A stretch of DNA of 64,000 nt, taken from a virus. Made by a program: the position numbers and the translations under genes. The notes under the pieces were generated by a model, which ran no database searches, had not been told where the DNA came from, and saw only the letters and a list, made by a program, of their open reading frames with translations. This document shows positions 56,401 through 64,000 of this stretch, piece after piece. The stretch is taken from IMG/VR virus record IMGVR_UViG_3300036772_000367, positions 91,227 through 155,226 of that record. One strand, written 5' to 3'. Each line of letters opens with the position of its first letter. The stretch's first letter is position 1.

Positions 56401-56785
56401 GACAGCCGAAGACAAGCCCGACCACGAAGATGATGCTCTTCATGATTTCATTGGCGAGCACGGCACGAACTACCATTTTTGGCAGAACAGGGCGAATCTG
56501 GGAATGGTCAATATCAAGGATCGTCCCGTGTATGCCACGCAGAGCCATGTGAGCCAACGGCACATCGACAAGTATCACCATGACCCGACTGCCGCTCCAC
56601 ACGCACCGGGATACGGGGACTACGTGGGCAACGAAGCACCCATGTTCGTGACGCACGAGGGGCGCCTGCACGCCATCGAAGGCCATCACCGTGTCGCCGC
56701 AGCTCTCCAGCGGGGTGACGACAAGATCCACGCGTGGCACTACGATGCGGATCGTCACGGCCTGCCGACCGAGGACGACGAGTAA
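53477..56785 (+). CDS. Polyvalent protein: ART-like, GNAT-like, nucleotidyltransferase (Pol-beta fold) and ParB-like domains
   Basis: GYDGIV; GAGSALL; VHRGL..GTHWT...ENEV (ART-like); AGSEAS...DFDVL (NTase); IEGHHRVAAA (ParB). Confidence 0.7.
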   Translation: MNNIAEGHGVPHLYVQGDPYQFDYARNTEKAPRTQGFGQDIEPHGRYLTAHHPHGNYGDRWEFGTHTFSQPLHMSFGGNYGTESNWKNRLSAQYDGKKGKPLSRALLKDGYDGIVTHDEDGPREIVDLSPLRKQADLSPFTFSHEETQTGGMKHPRQVDLHAHHPDSAEPVGTLRYFPPKRRGGVMDVDNITTHHPGAGSALLNEMETRHPGSRTNFLWSVKRNNNNPDVTGHGAGNAGKPTDWDAIHPTLAPEVHRGLTLTLPSHSARVVNSAAPKHEHLAELNSALAHSSLGTHWTENERSARQFAQNAVSDYRTDVPVVVHAKTPAIKDLETRQNELYRGGVFPYGDSHSPENEVPIRKNRTVAVTGISWRPDAVHPDADENGWVHHAYDEPMQHRAKRFAPTQRLFGPTQGLDHRLFDGDHLKSDVRDYILTTLGGFWNPLYGDGWVGWSKVYFAGSEASEWTSPELEGNNDFDVLIGVNYDEARKDVPGFRTMSDQEITDLLNKQLRVLDEQTAFVWIPVSNETVNYDSWENPDVNDQDLTKSMTNSSVSMSKRTGQRLPSQNILDSKQAMSATTWNEQESLEVNPVGKTRLGSLPERNARIVERRSTSPVHMSHQQQNPGDVQHVRRSIYETVIYESTTGSRHSSLTPSLPSKVEDVGYADGMTFDSQSTMTTAAVQGNERAENASEGFFALAATKRSPISVKPIFMPQAAGWTVESPPPAPDGWNYIGPFNGTFYVNHDSWDIRRIKPYAAYDVTDDQWAVKPPHLPAWGLKDFPEGKALEQEARAVSAYVRAVLALPEPYRSQQGYALWNHLHSDRSRAFSDQGEGWWDPGNVLEKWLDQEGLWDQLVKVMVDVRAHPEKLNSPSDWSNLPKTAMPWHFQHGETARDHPEIKSVRHAGFAGYVGESPERQEDYGYEKPEHEFDEDAWNDVSPEPTHEERQHYDEHDDYPESYHDRHDRAYQEHVDRKTAEDKPDHEDDALHDFIGEHGTNYHFWQNRANLGMVNIKDRPVYATQSHVSQRHIDKYHHDPTAAPHAPGYGDYVGNEAPMFVTHEGRLHAIEGHHRVAAALQRGDDKIHAWHYDADRHGLPTEDDE
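55078..55662 (+). CDS. Endonuclease VII-family HNH homing endonuclease nested in an alternate frame
   Basis: N-terminal HTH; CKNC/CPAC; YGIT...QGGGCGICG...IDHDH.CC....CGKC.RGILC..CN. TAAACT lies 7 nt before the ATG (leaderless-type -10). Confidence 0.85.
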   Translation: MGKPGRKRSRPDEVYDELVRLYVEEDWTATAIAKYLGFETSNVCYHLERAGISRSQSRGKDTPRKPPRTKCKNCGEAVNFSSSYESSAAKSGRCPACQAFYLRDRHLRVNYGITTQQFDSILAEQGGGCGICGRNDIRFAIDHDHRCCPGKRTCGKCLRGILCTRCNQAIAYLGETNLHAASGWVDRRITASSA

Positions 56786-56939
56786 CACTGCACACGTTGT
56801 CTGACGAGGGCCGATTCTGGGGTCGAGCTGTATCCTAAGGACGAACGACCGAGTTCACCGACGGATCGGAGGGAAGCTCCGACTGTATCGATACACTCAG
56901 ACATCTGATACTGATGTCATCCGCACCGGAGGAAGGGAA

Positions 56940-57215
56940 ATGACGATGTCGCGTGCCACTAGAAGTGAGCATCGACGAGGAGGGGTGCCCTCCCCACGAC
57001 GAGCGTATGTCGTGCCGGACACCCAGGACGCCCGCGATCACGCGGCTGAGGCCGAACAGATCGAGCAGGATCTGCTCGGCTACCGCGTACCTGTCGAGAA
57101 GATCGCGCCGACGTTGGATGGATCCGGACATATCCGACTGAACTTCGATGCGGCAGTACTGATTTTGGACATGCTCGACCACGCCTACCAGGGCATTCCG
57201 CCGCAGCTCGACTGA
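56940..57215 (+). CDS. Hypothetical protein
   Basis: CCGCACCGGAGG start motif. Confidence 0.55.
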   Translation: MTMSRATRSEHRRGGVPSPRRAYVVPDTQDARDHAAEAEQIEQDLLGYRVPVEKIAPTLDGSGHIRLNFDAAVLILDMLDHAYQGIPPQLD

Positions 57216-57238
57216 AGAAGTGACAAAAACAGGTCAGC

Positions 57239-57281
57239 GTAGTTAGATCTCTTGCTACAACAGACAGGATCTGGGTAGAGT
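57239..57281 (+). promoter_or_regulatory. Palindromic operator plus promoter
   Basis: GTAGTTAG-atct-CTTGCTAC; TTGCTA-18-TAGAGT. Confidence 0.65.
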
Positions 57282-57345
57282 CTCTCTTGTTCGGCGGTCA
57301 CCCGGACCGCATGGGAACACCGAAGCCCTCGAACAAGGAGCGATC

Positions 57346-57729
57346 ATGGACGTCCCAACCGCCCTGCACTACATCAGCAAGGTGTCCTACAAGCCGCAGT
57401 GGCGCCTCTACGCGATGCCCATCGGGGAGGGCAATGACGTAATGCTGACCGTGGACTACGTCGCGTGGAACTCGAACTCCGAATTGGCCCCGGATTACTT
57501 CGAGAAGGCGCGCAACATGCTGCGCTTCGACTTCTCGGTGGCTGACCTGGACACGCCCGAGCAGGTCTATCGCGTCGTGTTGAACTGCCTGCTGGAGTGC
57601 GAGAGGCACGAGACCACCGAGTTCTTCAAGGTGGGCCGTTTCTACGCGAGCCCGTTCCACCCGCACACGGAGGACGGCCGAGCCCTCCTGGCCCGCACCG
57701 AAGGTGTCGCCAAGCCCCTCCCCAGCTAA
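57346..57729 (+). CDS. Hypothetical protein (paralog family)
   Basis: YKPQW...CERHETTEFF..G...PFHPH. Confidence 0.7.
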   Translation: MDVPTALHYISKVSYKPQWRLYAMPIGEGNDVMLTVDYVAWNSNSELAPDYFEKARNMLRFDFSVADLDTPEQVYRVVLNCLLECERHETTEFFKVGRFYASPFHPHTEDGRALLARTEGVAKPLPS

Positions 57730-57773
57730 TCCTCACGGCAACAGCCGGATCCCCAATTCGAAATGGAGTCGCC

Positions 57774-58076
57774 ATGCTTTTCGCCATCCTTCTCGCTCAT
57801 TGGGACAGCGTCCTGGGCACCTCCACCAACGTCATGCTGGTGCGTCTGACCTACATCCTGCTGCCGGACGGTCAGAAGGGTCACGTGCGTCGGGGCGCAC
57901 GTGTGGTCGCGTCCGTCCGGGTCACAGTGTCCCGCTCGGAGCGGCGCTTCGTCCGGGTCTACCGGGTCGAGCGCCAGGTGGTTCGCGACGTCGAGCACGA
58001 GATCGGGCACGAGGTGGACCGTGTCGAGGACCATCACCGGGAGGCGCATGTCGAGCGTCCCCTGGAGGTGGAGTAA
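57774..58076 (+). CDS. Hypothetical protein
   Basis: GGAG RBS, followed by a hairpin. Confidence 0.5.
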   Translation: MLFAILLAHWDSVLGTSTNVMLVRLTYILLPDGQKGHVRRGARVVASVRVTVSRSERRFVRVYRVERQVVRDVEHEIGHEVDRVEDHHREAHVERPLEVE

Positions 58077-58082
58077 CCGAGG

Positions 58083-58121
58083 AGAACACCCTGGAGGCAA
58101 CGGTAGCCTCCAGGGTGTTCT
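58083..58121 (+). terminator. Hairpin terminator
   Basis: 16-bp stem AGAACACCCTGGAGGC/GCCTCCAGGGTGTTCT. Confidence 0.65.
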
Positions 58122-58173
58122 GCTATGTTGTCGTCAGAACTCTTACTACGTAGAGGCCGCACTGGAGGTCATC

Positions 58174-58575
58174 ATGGACTGGAAGACTGCTGAAGTTGCC
58201 CTCAGGGCAGTGCGCTACAAGCCGGATTGGACTCTTGAAGCAGAACCCCTTCAGGAGCCAGGTTGGGAGCCATCAGGGCTCAAGCTCATGATTTCGATGG
58301 TGGTGCCCGATAGCCGGATTAAGAATGATCCATTTCTTACCATGGTGAAAGTGAATGGCAGCTGCATGTTATCCGGTTACTTGATGGAACGCATGTGTGT
58401 TGCCGATTTTCATGCCTGGCTGTTGGGTTGCTTGTTGGCGATGGAGGCACACGAAACCCGCGAATACTTCAAGATCGATGAAGAGCTGTTGTTCGATCCA
58501 CACTCGGAAAGAGGCCAGGATGAGTGGAAGCAACAGGCCATCTTCATCAACATGGGTCGAAGCGCCATCACCTGA
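58174..58575 (+). CDS. Hypothetical protein (paralog family)
   Basis: YKPDW...MEAHETREYF..D...FDPH. Confidence 0.7.
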   Translation: MDWKTAEVALRAVRYKPDWTLEAEPLQEPGWEPSGLKLMISMVVPDSRIKNDPFLTMVKVNGSCMLSGYLMERMCVADFHAWLLGCLLAMEAHETREYFKIDEELLFDPHSERGQDEWKQQAIFINMGRSAIT

Positions 58576-58590
58576 CAGTTTGGAACTTGC

Positions 58591-58632
58591 GTAGTAGAAA
58601 CTCTTGCTACGAAGACGCATCTAGGGCATGAT
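58591..58632 (+). promoter_or_regulatory. Palindromic operator plus promoter
   Basis: GTAGTAGA-aact-CTTGCTAC; TTGCTA-17-CATGAT. Confidence 0.65.
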
Positions 58633-58668
58633 GGCTCTTGTCAAGGTACGACTGCACCGGAGGTCACC

Positions 58669-59733
58669 GTGAACGCCAAGGTCCAAGCCCCCACACGACG
58701 CAAGAAGGTGTTGGAACCCACCCCGGAGAAGGCCCCGACCAAGCGTCGGAGCCTCTCGCCGGAGGAGCGCGAACAGCGTATCCAGGACCTGAAGGAGGAG
58801 CTGAACACCGCTGTCCTCGGGATCATGGAGTACCCCGCGCAGTGGGTCGAGTTCCTGGAGACGGTCAGCGACTTCGCCGCGAGCTACTCGTGGACCAACC
58901 AGCTCCTCATCTGGCGCGAGTGCCGCAAGCGTGGTTTCTTCCCCACGATGGTCAAGGCGGCTGGCGATCTCGGTGTCCAGCGATGGGGACGCACTCCTCA
59001 GTATGGTTGGGCCGGATTGGGCCGTGCCCCCAAGAAGGGTGAGAAGGGCCTGCGCATCTGGCGTCCTGCGTTCAAACGCTTCACCGAGGCGGAGTACCAG
59101 GCATTGCCCACGAAGCCGCCACGGGACGCTCAGGGTCGACCGCCGACGCGTCTGGTCGGCTTCGTCATCGAACATGTGTTTGACATCAGTCAGACTCAGG
59201 GTGCCGATGTCGAGTTGCCTCGCACCTACACCACCCGGCGCCAAGTCTTGGTTCAGGGCACTCTGCCGGTCTTGCTGACTGGCGAGGACGTCACCGGTTC
59301 CCTCCAGATGGTTATCGGTCTGATCGAGGAGCAGGGCTACTCGTTCTCCCGGGTGCCGCCCACTACGTTGGGATCCGCCAACGGCAGGACCATCAAGAGG
59401 TCGGACGGCACCCAGCTCGTGCAGGTGCGTGACGATGTGGACGACGCACAAGCGATGAAGACCTCCGTCCACGAGCTGGCGCACATTCTGTGTGGGCACC
59501 TGGACGACGACGATTACGTCGAACACAAGGGTCGGTGCGAGACCGAGGCCGAGTCGGTGGCCTACATCGTCTGTGGCGCCCTCGGGATGGACACCGGTCA
59601 GTACAGCGCCCCCTACGTGGCTTCGTGGGCCGACGGCAAGCCCGAGGTCGTGGAGGCCGCCGCCAAGAAGATCACCGAAGTCAGCAAGTACCTGCTCGGC
59701 CTGCTGATCCCGGCCGAGGAGGAGGCGGCATGA
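58669..59733 (+). CDS. ArdC-like antirestriction protein (ssDNA-binding domain + zincin)
   Basis: YSWTNQLLI...W..LGR..KKGEKG..IW.P...VFDISQT.G; HELAH...ETEAESVAYIV...Y.ASW. Confidence 0.85.
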   Translation: MNAKVQAPTRRKKVLEPTPEKAPTKRRSLSPEEREQRIQDLKEELNTAVLGIMEYPAQWVEFLETVSDFAASYSWTNQLLIWRECRKRGFFPTMVKAAGDLGVQRWGRTPQYGWAGLGRAPKKGEKGLRIWRPAFKRFTEAEYQALPTKPPRDAQGRPPTRLVGFVIEHVFDISQTQGADVELPRTYTTRRQVLVQGTLPVLLTGEDVTGSLQMVIGLIEEQGYSFSRVPPTTLGSANGRTIKRSDGTQLVQVRDDVDDAQAMKTSVHELAHILCGHLDDDDYVEHKGRCETEAESVAYIVCGALGMDTGQYSAPYVASWADGKPEVVEAAAKKITEVSKYLLGLLIPAEEEAA

Positions 59734-59909
59734 AGATCGTCATGACGGTGACGTTGGAACTGGAAGTGGGGGACTGGGCTCGGGCATTCCGCACCAACGC
59801 CACCGAGAGAGACGTCGACCCGAGTGTGCGGGGATATGTGCAGACCCTGCTGTTCGACGGGGGTGTTTTCGGGGAGGGTGAAGTACCGGTCAGGGCCACC
59901 GTGACCTGA
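59730..59909 (+). CDS. Small hypothetical protein
   Basis: ATGA coupling, GGAGG RBS. Confidence 0.5.
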   Translation: MKIVMTVTLELEVGDWARAFRTNATERDVDPSVRGYVQTLLFDGGVFGEGEVPVRATVT

Positions 59910-60041
59910 ATGATCTTCCGCTATGCTGTCCGCCGACCGCACTGGAGGTCTTCGACAGCCCTTGACGTCCCACAGGACAATTCCTGGGGGTAACGCGATC
60001 GGTTACAGATCGCATCCATCACTACACAGAAAGTGAACCTC

Positions 60042-61073
60042 ATGCGCAAGCGTTCCCTTGTTGCCTTCGCGGTTACCGCGCTGGCAGCCTTGGCTGTGGG
60101 ACTTTCCGTGCCCGCCTCGGCGGCATCACCCACGCCCACGGCGGTCGCGGTGAACAACTTCACCGCGCTCACCCCGTCGGTACGAGTGTTGGACACCCGT
60201 ACTACGAACAACACTCTCGGTCACGCCCAGACTCTGGCGCTGGCGCTGGCCAATCACAACGGTGTCCCGACGAATGCCACGGCAGTCACGCTCAACGTCA
60301 CGGTGACCAACCAGACGGCCAATTCCTACCTGTCCCTGGTCCCCGGCGGCCAGCAGCACGGCCCCTCGCAGGTTTCCTTCAACCAGAATGGCGGCAACGT
60401 CACCGACGAGGTCACGGTGGCCCTGGGTTCCGGCGCGGTGAGCATCTTCAACTTCGCCGGTTCGGTGGACGTCGTAGTGGACCTGGCGGGCTACTACAGC
60501 CCCATCAGTGTCTCCGCGCCCCTGAGCGGGCCGGTGACGGCCACGGCGAGCACGGCGGTGTCCAACCGCAGTGACAGCGGCGCGCACGGCACGTGGGCCA
60601 AGGACGCCTTCACCCGCGCGGTCACCATCACCCGGCACGATCCGGTCTCGGTGTCCAACTGCGGTGGCAACGCCACCAACGGCGTGACGTCCTGCTTCTA
60701 CTACACCGGCTCGATCACCGACGGCGGTTCGTTCATCACGATCTCCGGAGCCAACTCCCCCAACGCCGGCACGCCGATCAACGGTGTCGTGGCCGGCACC
60801 CTGACCGGCGGCAGCGCGGTGGAGTTCTACGCCAGCTCCGGTACGCCGGACGCCTCCCTGGTGCCGGCGACCTTCTCGGGTGACGGCGTCAGCTCCACCG
60901 ACTGGGTGAAGCAGTTCTTCGTCAACGGCACCTCGTTCAACACGCCCAACGAGATCAACTGGGCATATCACTACTCGGCCAGCGCGACCTGCGAGACGTG
61001 GGACGACAACTACAACAACGGCGCCGGCAACCAGCCCGCCGACGGTGACATCGTCGGTGTGAACCACTGCTGA
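60042..61073 (+). CDS. Secreted protein with an actinobacterial beta-sandwich cell-surface domain
   Basis: Signal peptide (..PASA-AS); P.RVLDTR...VP..ATAVTLNVTV...VVVDLAGYY module. Confidence 0.7.
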   Translation: MRKRSLVAFAVTALAALAVGLSVPASAASPTPTAVAVNNFTALTPSVRVLDTRTTNNTLGHAQTLALALANHNGVPTNATAVTLNVTVTNQTANSYLSLVPGGQQHGPSQVSFNQNGGNVTDEVTVALGSGAVSIFNFAGSVDVVVDLAGYYSPISVSAPLSGPVTATASTAVSNRSDSGAHGTWAKDAFTRAVTITRHDPVSVSNCGGNATNGVTSCFYYTGSITDGGSFITISGANSPNAGTPINGVVAGTLTGGSAVEFYASSGTPDASLVPATFSGDGVSSTDWVKQFFVNGTSFNTPNEINWAYHYSASATCETWDDNYNNGAGNQPADGDIVGVNHC

Positions 61074-61078
61074 TGTTC

Positions 61079-61118
61079 TGAACCGGTGCGGATGGCTACC
61101 GTCATCCGCACCGGTTCA
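61079..61118 (+). terminator. Hairpin terminator
   Basis: 16-bp stem TGAACCGGTGCGGATG/CATCCGCACCGGTTCA. Confidence 0.7.
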
Positions 61119-61139
61119 CCCCGAGGGGAAGGACATGTC

Positions 61140-61439
61140 ATGTCCCTCAAGCGTCGTCTGATGCGCAAGGTGTGGATCCAGTAGTTTGCGTTCCAGGGGC
61201 CCCTTCAATGGCTCGGTGTCATCGGCCTAGGGGTATCGCTGTTTCTACCCGTACGCGGTGCCTGGTTCTGGGTGGGCGTCGGACTCCTGTTGTTTTTCGT
61301 GAGCACCTTTGCCATCTCGGTGTTCTGCGATATCACTCTGGTCCTGGGGCGGTCTTATCGAGCGGCTCGATTTCGACGAGATCTCTTTGAACGAGAAGGT
61401 AGCGAAAAGACCACACCCGATGATGAGGAAGAACGATGA
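61140..61439 (+). pseudogene. Membrane-protein gene interrupted by one in-frame TAG (61182-61184)
   Basis: MSLKRRLMRKVWIQ*FAFQGPLQWLGVIGLGVSLF...DEEER*. RBS upstream and ATGA overlap with the next gene. Confidence 0.55.
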
Positions 61440-61834
61440 ATGTTTTCCTGGCAGACCTCGGTAAATTCATTGATAGCTGGGGCTGGTTGCTGATCCTCTG
61501 CGGAGGTAGTGCGATCGCGAATGGCATCGCGCGGGTACTGGATGGTCGTCGCAAGCGCGCCGTGCTCCAGGTCCAGCTTGAGGCTGAGCAGAAATGGGTG
61601 GGGCGGCTAGAAGATCAGTTGGAATCCGCACTAGAAAGCAGTGGAGGGAAATCCACTAAGTTCACCAAGAACATGGTGAAAAACAACAGCGTGATGTTCT
61701 ACCTGCTCAGTCGAGTACAGGCCACTGACCAGGCATACCCGCAGCTTCCACAGGAGCTGCGTGATGAGTTGGATCGGATTCTGCTGCGGTACCGCGTGAC
61801 CACCACGGACTTGGAAGATCACTCTTCGGTGTAG
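61436..61834 (+). CDS. Membrane-anchored hypothetical protein
   Basis: N-terminal TM helix plus coiled coil. Confidence 0.6.
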   Translation: MNVFLADLGKFIDSWGWLLILCGGSAIANGIARVLDGRRKRAVLQVQLEAEQKWVGRLEDQLESALESSGGKSTKFTKNMVKNNSVMFYLLSRVQATDQAYPQLPQELRDELDRILLRYRVTTTDLEDHSSV

Positions 61835-61931
61835 CTGGAATACTCGCTATACCTCTCGTGTTTTGGTAGTGTGAGAGTGTCTCGCTCGAAGCCGCACAGG
61901 AGGCTTGCGGGGACACGAGAAGGAGGTCAGG

Positions 61932-62075
61932 ATGGCTGGGCTATTTGTGAATATTGCCTTGATTGGGGTTCCAATCGCGGTGGTCGGGTCACTCTGGGTG
62001 ATTGGCTGGTATCACCAGCCGGACCGAGTCCAGCGCCGGCAACAGCGCCGTAGCGTCAGGAGGAGTCATGCCTAA
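61932..62075 (+). CDS. Small membrane protein (47 aa)
   Basis: AAGGAGGT RBS; MAGLFVNIALIGVPIAVVGSLWVIGW followed by a basic tail. Confidence 0.55.
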   Translation: MAGLFVNIALIGVPIAVVGSLWVIGWYHQPDRVQRRQQRRSVRRSHA

Positions 62076-62283
62076 GCGGCGCATACGGCAGGGTGACACC
62101 AAGATCTTTCGCATCCTGATCGACGTCGATCCCGATCTGAGCCCGGCCGCCGTACAGGCGTTGGCCATCTCGATGAAGAGTCGCTACCGCGAGTGGATCA
62201 CCTCGGTGAAGGTGGATGATCCCAGAGACCTGATTCCACTGGGAGATCGCATGGCAGCCCTGCTGTTGACGGGAAGGACGTGA
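62068..62283 (+). CDS. Hypothetical protein
   Basis: AGGAGGAG RBS. Confidence 0.5.
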   Translation: MPKRRIRQGDTKIFRILIDVDPDLSPAAVQALAISMKSRYREWITSVKVDDPRDLIPLGDRMAALLLTGRT

Positions 62284-62286
62284 GCC

Positions 62287-62511
62287 GTGCGGGTGCGAGC
62301 CGGGGTCCTGTCGGCCGGAGATTATGTCCGTTTACAGGGCCGCAGGGTCATGCTCACGGATTTCGAGGAATGCTCCGATCGGCCCGGTTACGTTCTGGTC
62401 AGGGGGAACTACTTCCGACCACCAGACTTTGTCAACCGTGTTCACATCAGTGCGATCATGCGGGATACTGCGATGATCACTCGATACGAGCAACTGGGAT
62501 ACTCGCGATGA
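62287..62511 (+). CDS. Hypothetical protein
   Basis: ATGA overlap with the next gene. Confidence 0.45.
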   Translation: MRVRAGVLSAGDYVRLQGRRVMLTDFEECSDRPGYVLVRGNYFRPPDFVNRVHISAIMRDTAMITRYEQLGYSR

Positions 62512-62963
62512 GCACACGGGGCGCGGCAGTTCCGCTGGGTGACATCCTCTCGATCACCACAGGTTGGATCCTGGCGGAGCATTTTCCGGATTCCATGGTG
62601 CAGCTCGTTCAGCACATCGTGGGTCATGACGTGACGCCCTTGACCTTCCCCGCTGCCGTGGAGGCCGCCAAGCAACACCTGTTGGACACAGTGCCCTGGC
62701 TGCTGGGTCTGCGAGTGCCGGCGTGGCTTCAGACAGAGTCAAGCAACGTGAGGCTCTGGTGCTGGCTGGATACCCAGGAGATGCGCCACGGCCGCCTGCA
62801 CGTCGTCGAGTCGATGCAGGAGGGAAGTTGGACTCCACCGGAGTTGATCATCGAGGAGTTCTCTTACATTGGGCCCGAGGGCAACCGGGTCAAGTGCGCC
62901 TGGGAAGACCTCCCCGAGGTCCTCCAGGCGTTCCTGCGGACACAGGGATACGATCCGGATTGA
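62508..62963 (+). CDS. Conserved phage hypothetical protein
   Basis: LGDILSITTG......V.H..G.......P....HLL...PWL motif. Confidence 0.6.
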   Translation: MSTRGAAVPLGDILSITTGWILAEHFPDSMVQLVQHIVGHDVTPLTFPAAVEAAKQHLLDTVPWLLGLRVPAWLQTESSNVRLWCWLDTQEMRHGRLHVVESMQEGSWTPPELIIEEFSYIGPEGNRVKCAWEDLPEVLQAFLRTQGYDPD

Positions 62964-62982
62964 TAACGGAAGTGTCACGATC

Positions 62983-63024
62983 GTAGTAGGAAAACTTGCT
63001 ACGGTCGTACCGGTCTGGCAAGAT
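62983..63024 (+). promoter_or_regulatory. Palindromic operator plus promoter
   Basis: GTAGTAGG-aaaa-CTTGCTAC; TTGCTA-17-CAAGAT. Confidence 0.65.
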
Positions 63025-63063
63025 GAGTTCTGTCAGGCCAGAGAGACCGCACCGGAGGTCATC

Positions 63064-63690
63064 GTGAACGCCATCACCGCCATCCCCGCCATCACCGCCC
63101 CCTCGCAGCTCGGCGAGTACCCGCTGAACATCTCGGCCGACACGCTGGCCACTCTCGACAGCCGCACGGCCACGCTGGACCAGGTCAAGCTGCTGGCCGA
63201 GCTCCTGGGTGAGCTGAAGGAGTTCGAGCTGGGTCGCGCCAGGTGCCTGTGGCGCGCGTTGGCGCAGATCAGCCACCAGGGTGAGTTGACGATCGGTGTG
63301 GCCGGCGTGCTCATCACGCGGCTGATCTCCCAGTTGCGCACCCACCGCGAGGTCAAGGCATCGTTTGACAGCGATGCTCAGAAGCGCATCACCGTCCCGG
63401 ACGGCCGGTACGCGGTACGCGGAGATGACAACGTGGTGCGGTTCTACCGGCTGGCCACCAGCAAGGGTCGCAAGGGTTACCAGAACGTCTTCGTGTACGC
63501 CTCCGACGAGCAGCACCTGGTGCCGCTGAAGGTCCACAACGGCATCCGCCAGCAGATCGTGGCCGCCGGGATCGATGGCTCCGCCACGCTGTTCGGCATC
63601 GAGTCGGCGAAGTGCTACAAGTGCGGTCGTCGGCTCACCGACGAGAACAGCCGGGCGCTGGGAGTTGGGCCCGAATGTATCAAGAAGTGA
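63064..63690 (+). CDS. DUF6011-type Zn-finger protein
   Basis: VPDGRYAV...FY...; C-terminal CYKCGRRLTDENSRALGVGPEC. Confidence 0.75.
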   Translation: MNAITAIPAITAPSQLGEYPLNISADTLATLDSRTATLDQVKLLAELLGELKEFELGRARCLWRALAQISHQGELTIGVAGVLITRLISQLRTHREVKASFDSDAQKRITVPDGRYAVRGDDNVVRFYRLATSKGRKGYQNVFVYASDEQHLVPLKVHNGIRQQIVAAGIDGSATLFGIESAKCYKCGRRLTDENSRALGVGPECIKK

Positions 63691-63701
63691 TGTTGATCGT
63701 C

Positions 63702-63736
63702 TCCCCCGAGCGGATCTCCCCCGCTCGGGGGATTTC
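63702..63736 (+). terminator. Intrinsic terminator
   Basis: TCCCCCGAGCGG/CCGCTCGGGGGA stem followed by TTT. Confidence 0.7.
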
Positions 63737-63754
63737 TCGTTGCTGGAGGTGATC

Positions 63755-64000
63755 ATGCCTCGACGTGTCGGAGTGCTGTCCGCGCACGGTGCCTTCGTGT
63801 GTCCTAGATGTACCGCACGGTGGTCTGCTCTCGGTCTGGCGCACTGTGCTGCCGAAGGCTGTCACCGCACCTTTGCCGATACCACTCTGTTCGATCTTCA
63901 CCGAAGGTCACGAGGAAAGCACGGGATGTGTTGTGATCCCTCTCGATTGCGGCAGTCCACAGGCGATCCCGTCATGGCGTTGTCGAGAGGGATCACAACA
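63755..64000 (+). CDS. Phage FDxHR zinc-binding protein (3'-partial)
   Basis: GGAGGT RBS; CPRC...HC...CHRTF....FDLHR...C.DP; frame open to the window end. Confidence 0.65.
   Translation, partial: MPRRVGVLSAHGAFVCPRCTARWSALGLAHCAAEGCHRTFADTTLFDLHRRSRGKHGMCCDPSRLRQSTGDPVMALSRGITT

Noticed and set aside
58083-58121. Solitary CRISPR repeat (contains AGAACACCC)
   Set aside because: The match is the base of a perfect terminator hairpin after a stop codon, and the rest does not resemble the repeat. Probably coincidental.
63929-64000. 18-bp perfect inverted repeat reaching the window end
   Set aside because: It lies inside a CDS and ends exactly at the sequence end. It may be a fold-back assembly artefact and cannot be assessed.

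Overview
This window is an internal segment of a large, GC-rich actinobacteriophage genome, probably a myovirus because it carries gp25, baseplate-J and wedge genes. Gene order: baseplate/tail genes (1-12 kb); an SNF2 helicase and small ORFs; a minus-strand accessory block (15.5-24 kb); DinG helicase; lysis genes; a full replication/recombination cluster (5'-3' exonuclease, DnaC-like loader, DnaB, primase, SSB, DnaE, RecA, resolvases, Cas4-like nuclease); sigma-like regulator; terminase; two giant polyvalent proteins; then early/accessory genes (ArdC-like and others) behind a repeated operator-promoter. Three features stand out. (1) An intact solo TnpB is followed directly, on the same strand, by a ~25-unit type I-E-derived CRISPR array. 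Its repeats have lost the Cas6 hairpin and most are reduced to the 9-nt 3' end. (2) A conserved hypothetical gene is followed by ~490 nt of non-coding RNA holding two circularly permuted tRNA-like (YrlA/Y-RNA-like) domains, with no Ro60 gene in the window. (3) An endonuclease-VII HNH gene with its own candidate promoter is nested in an alternate frame inside a nucleotidyltransferase domain, and the host frame stays open. All family calls come from motif recognition by eye; no database searches were run.
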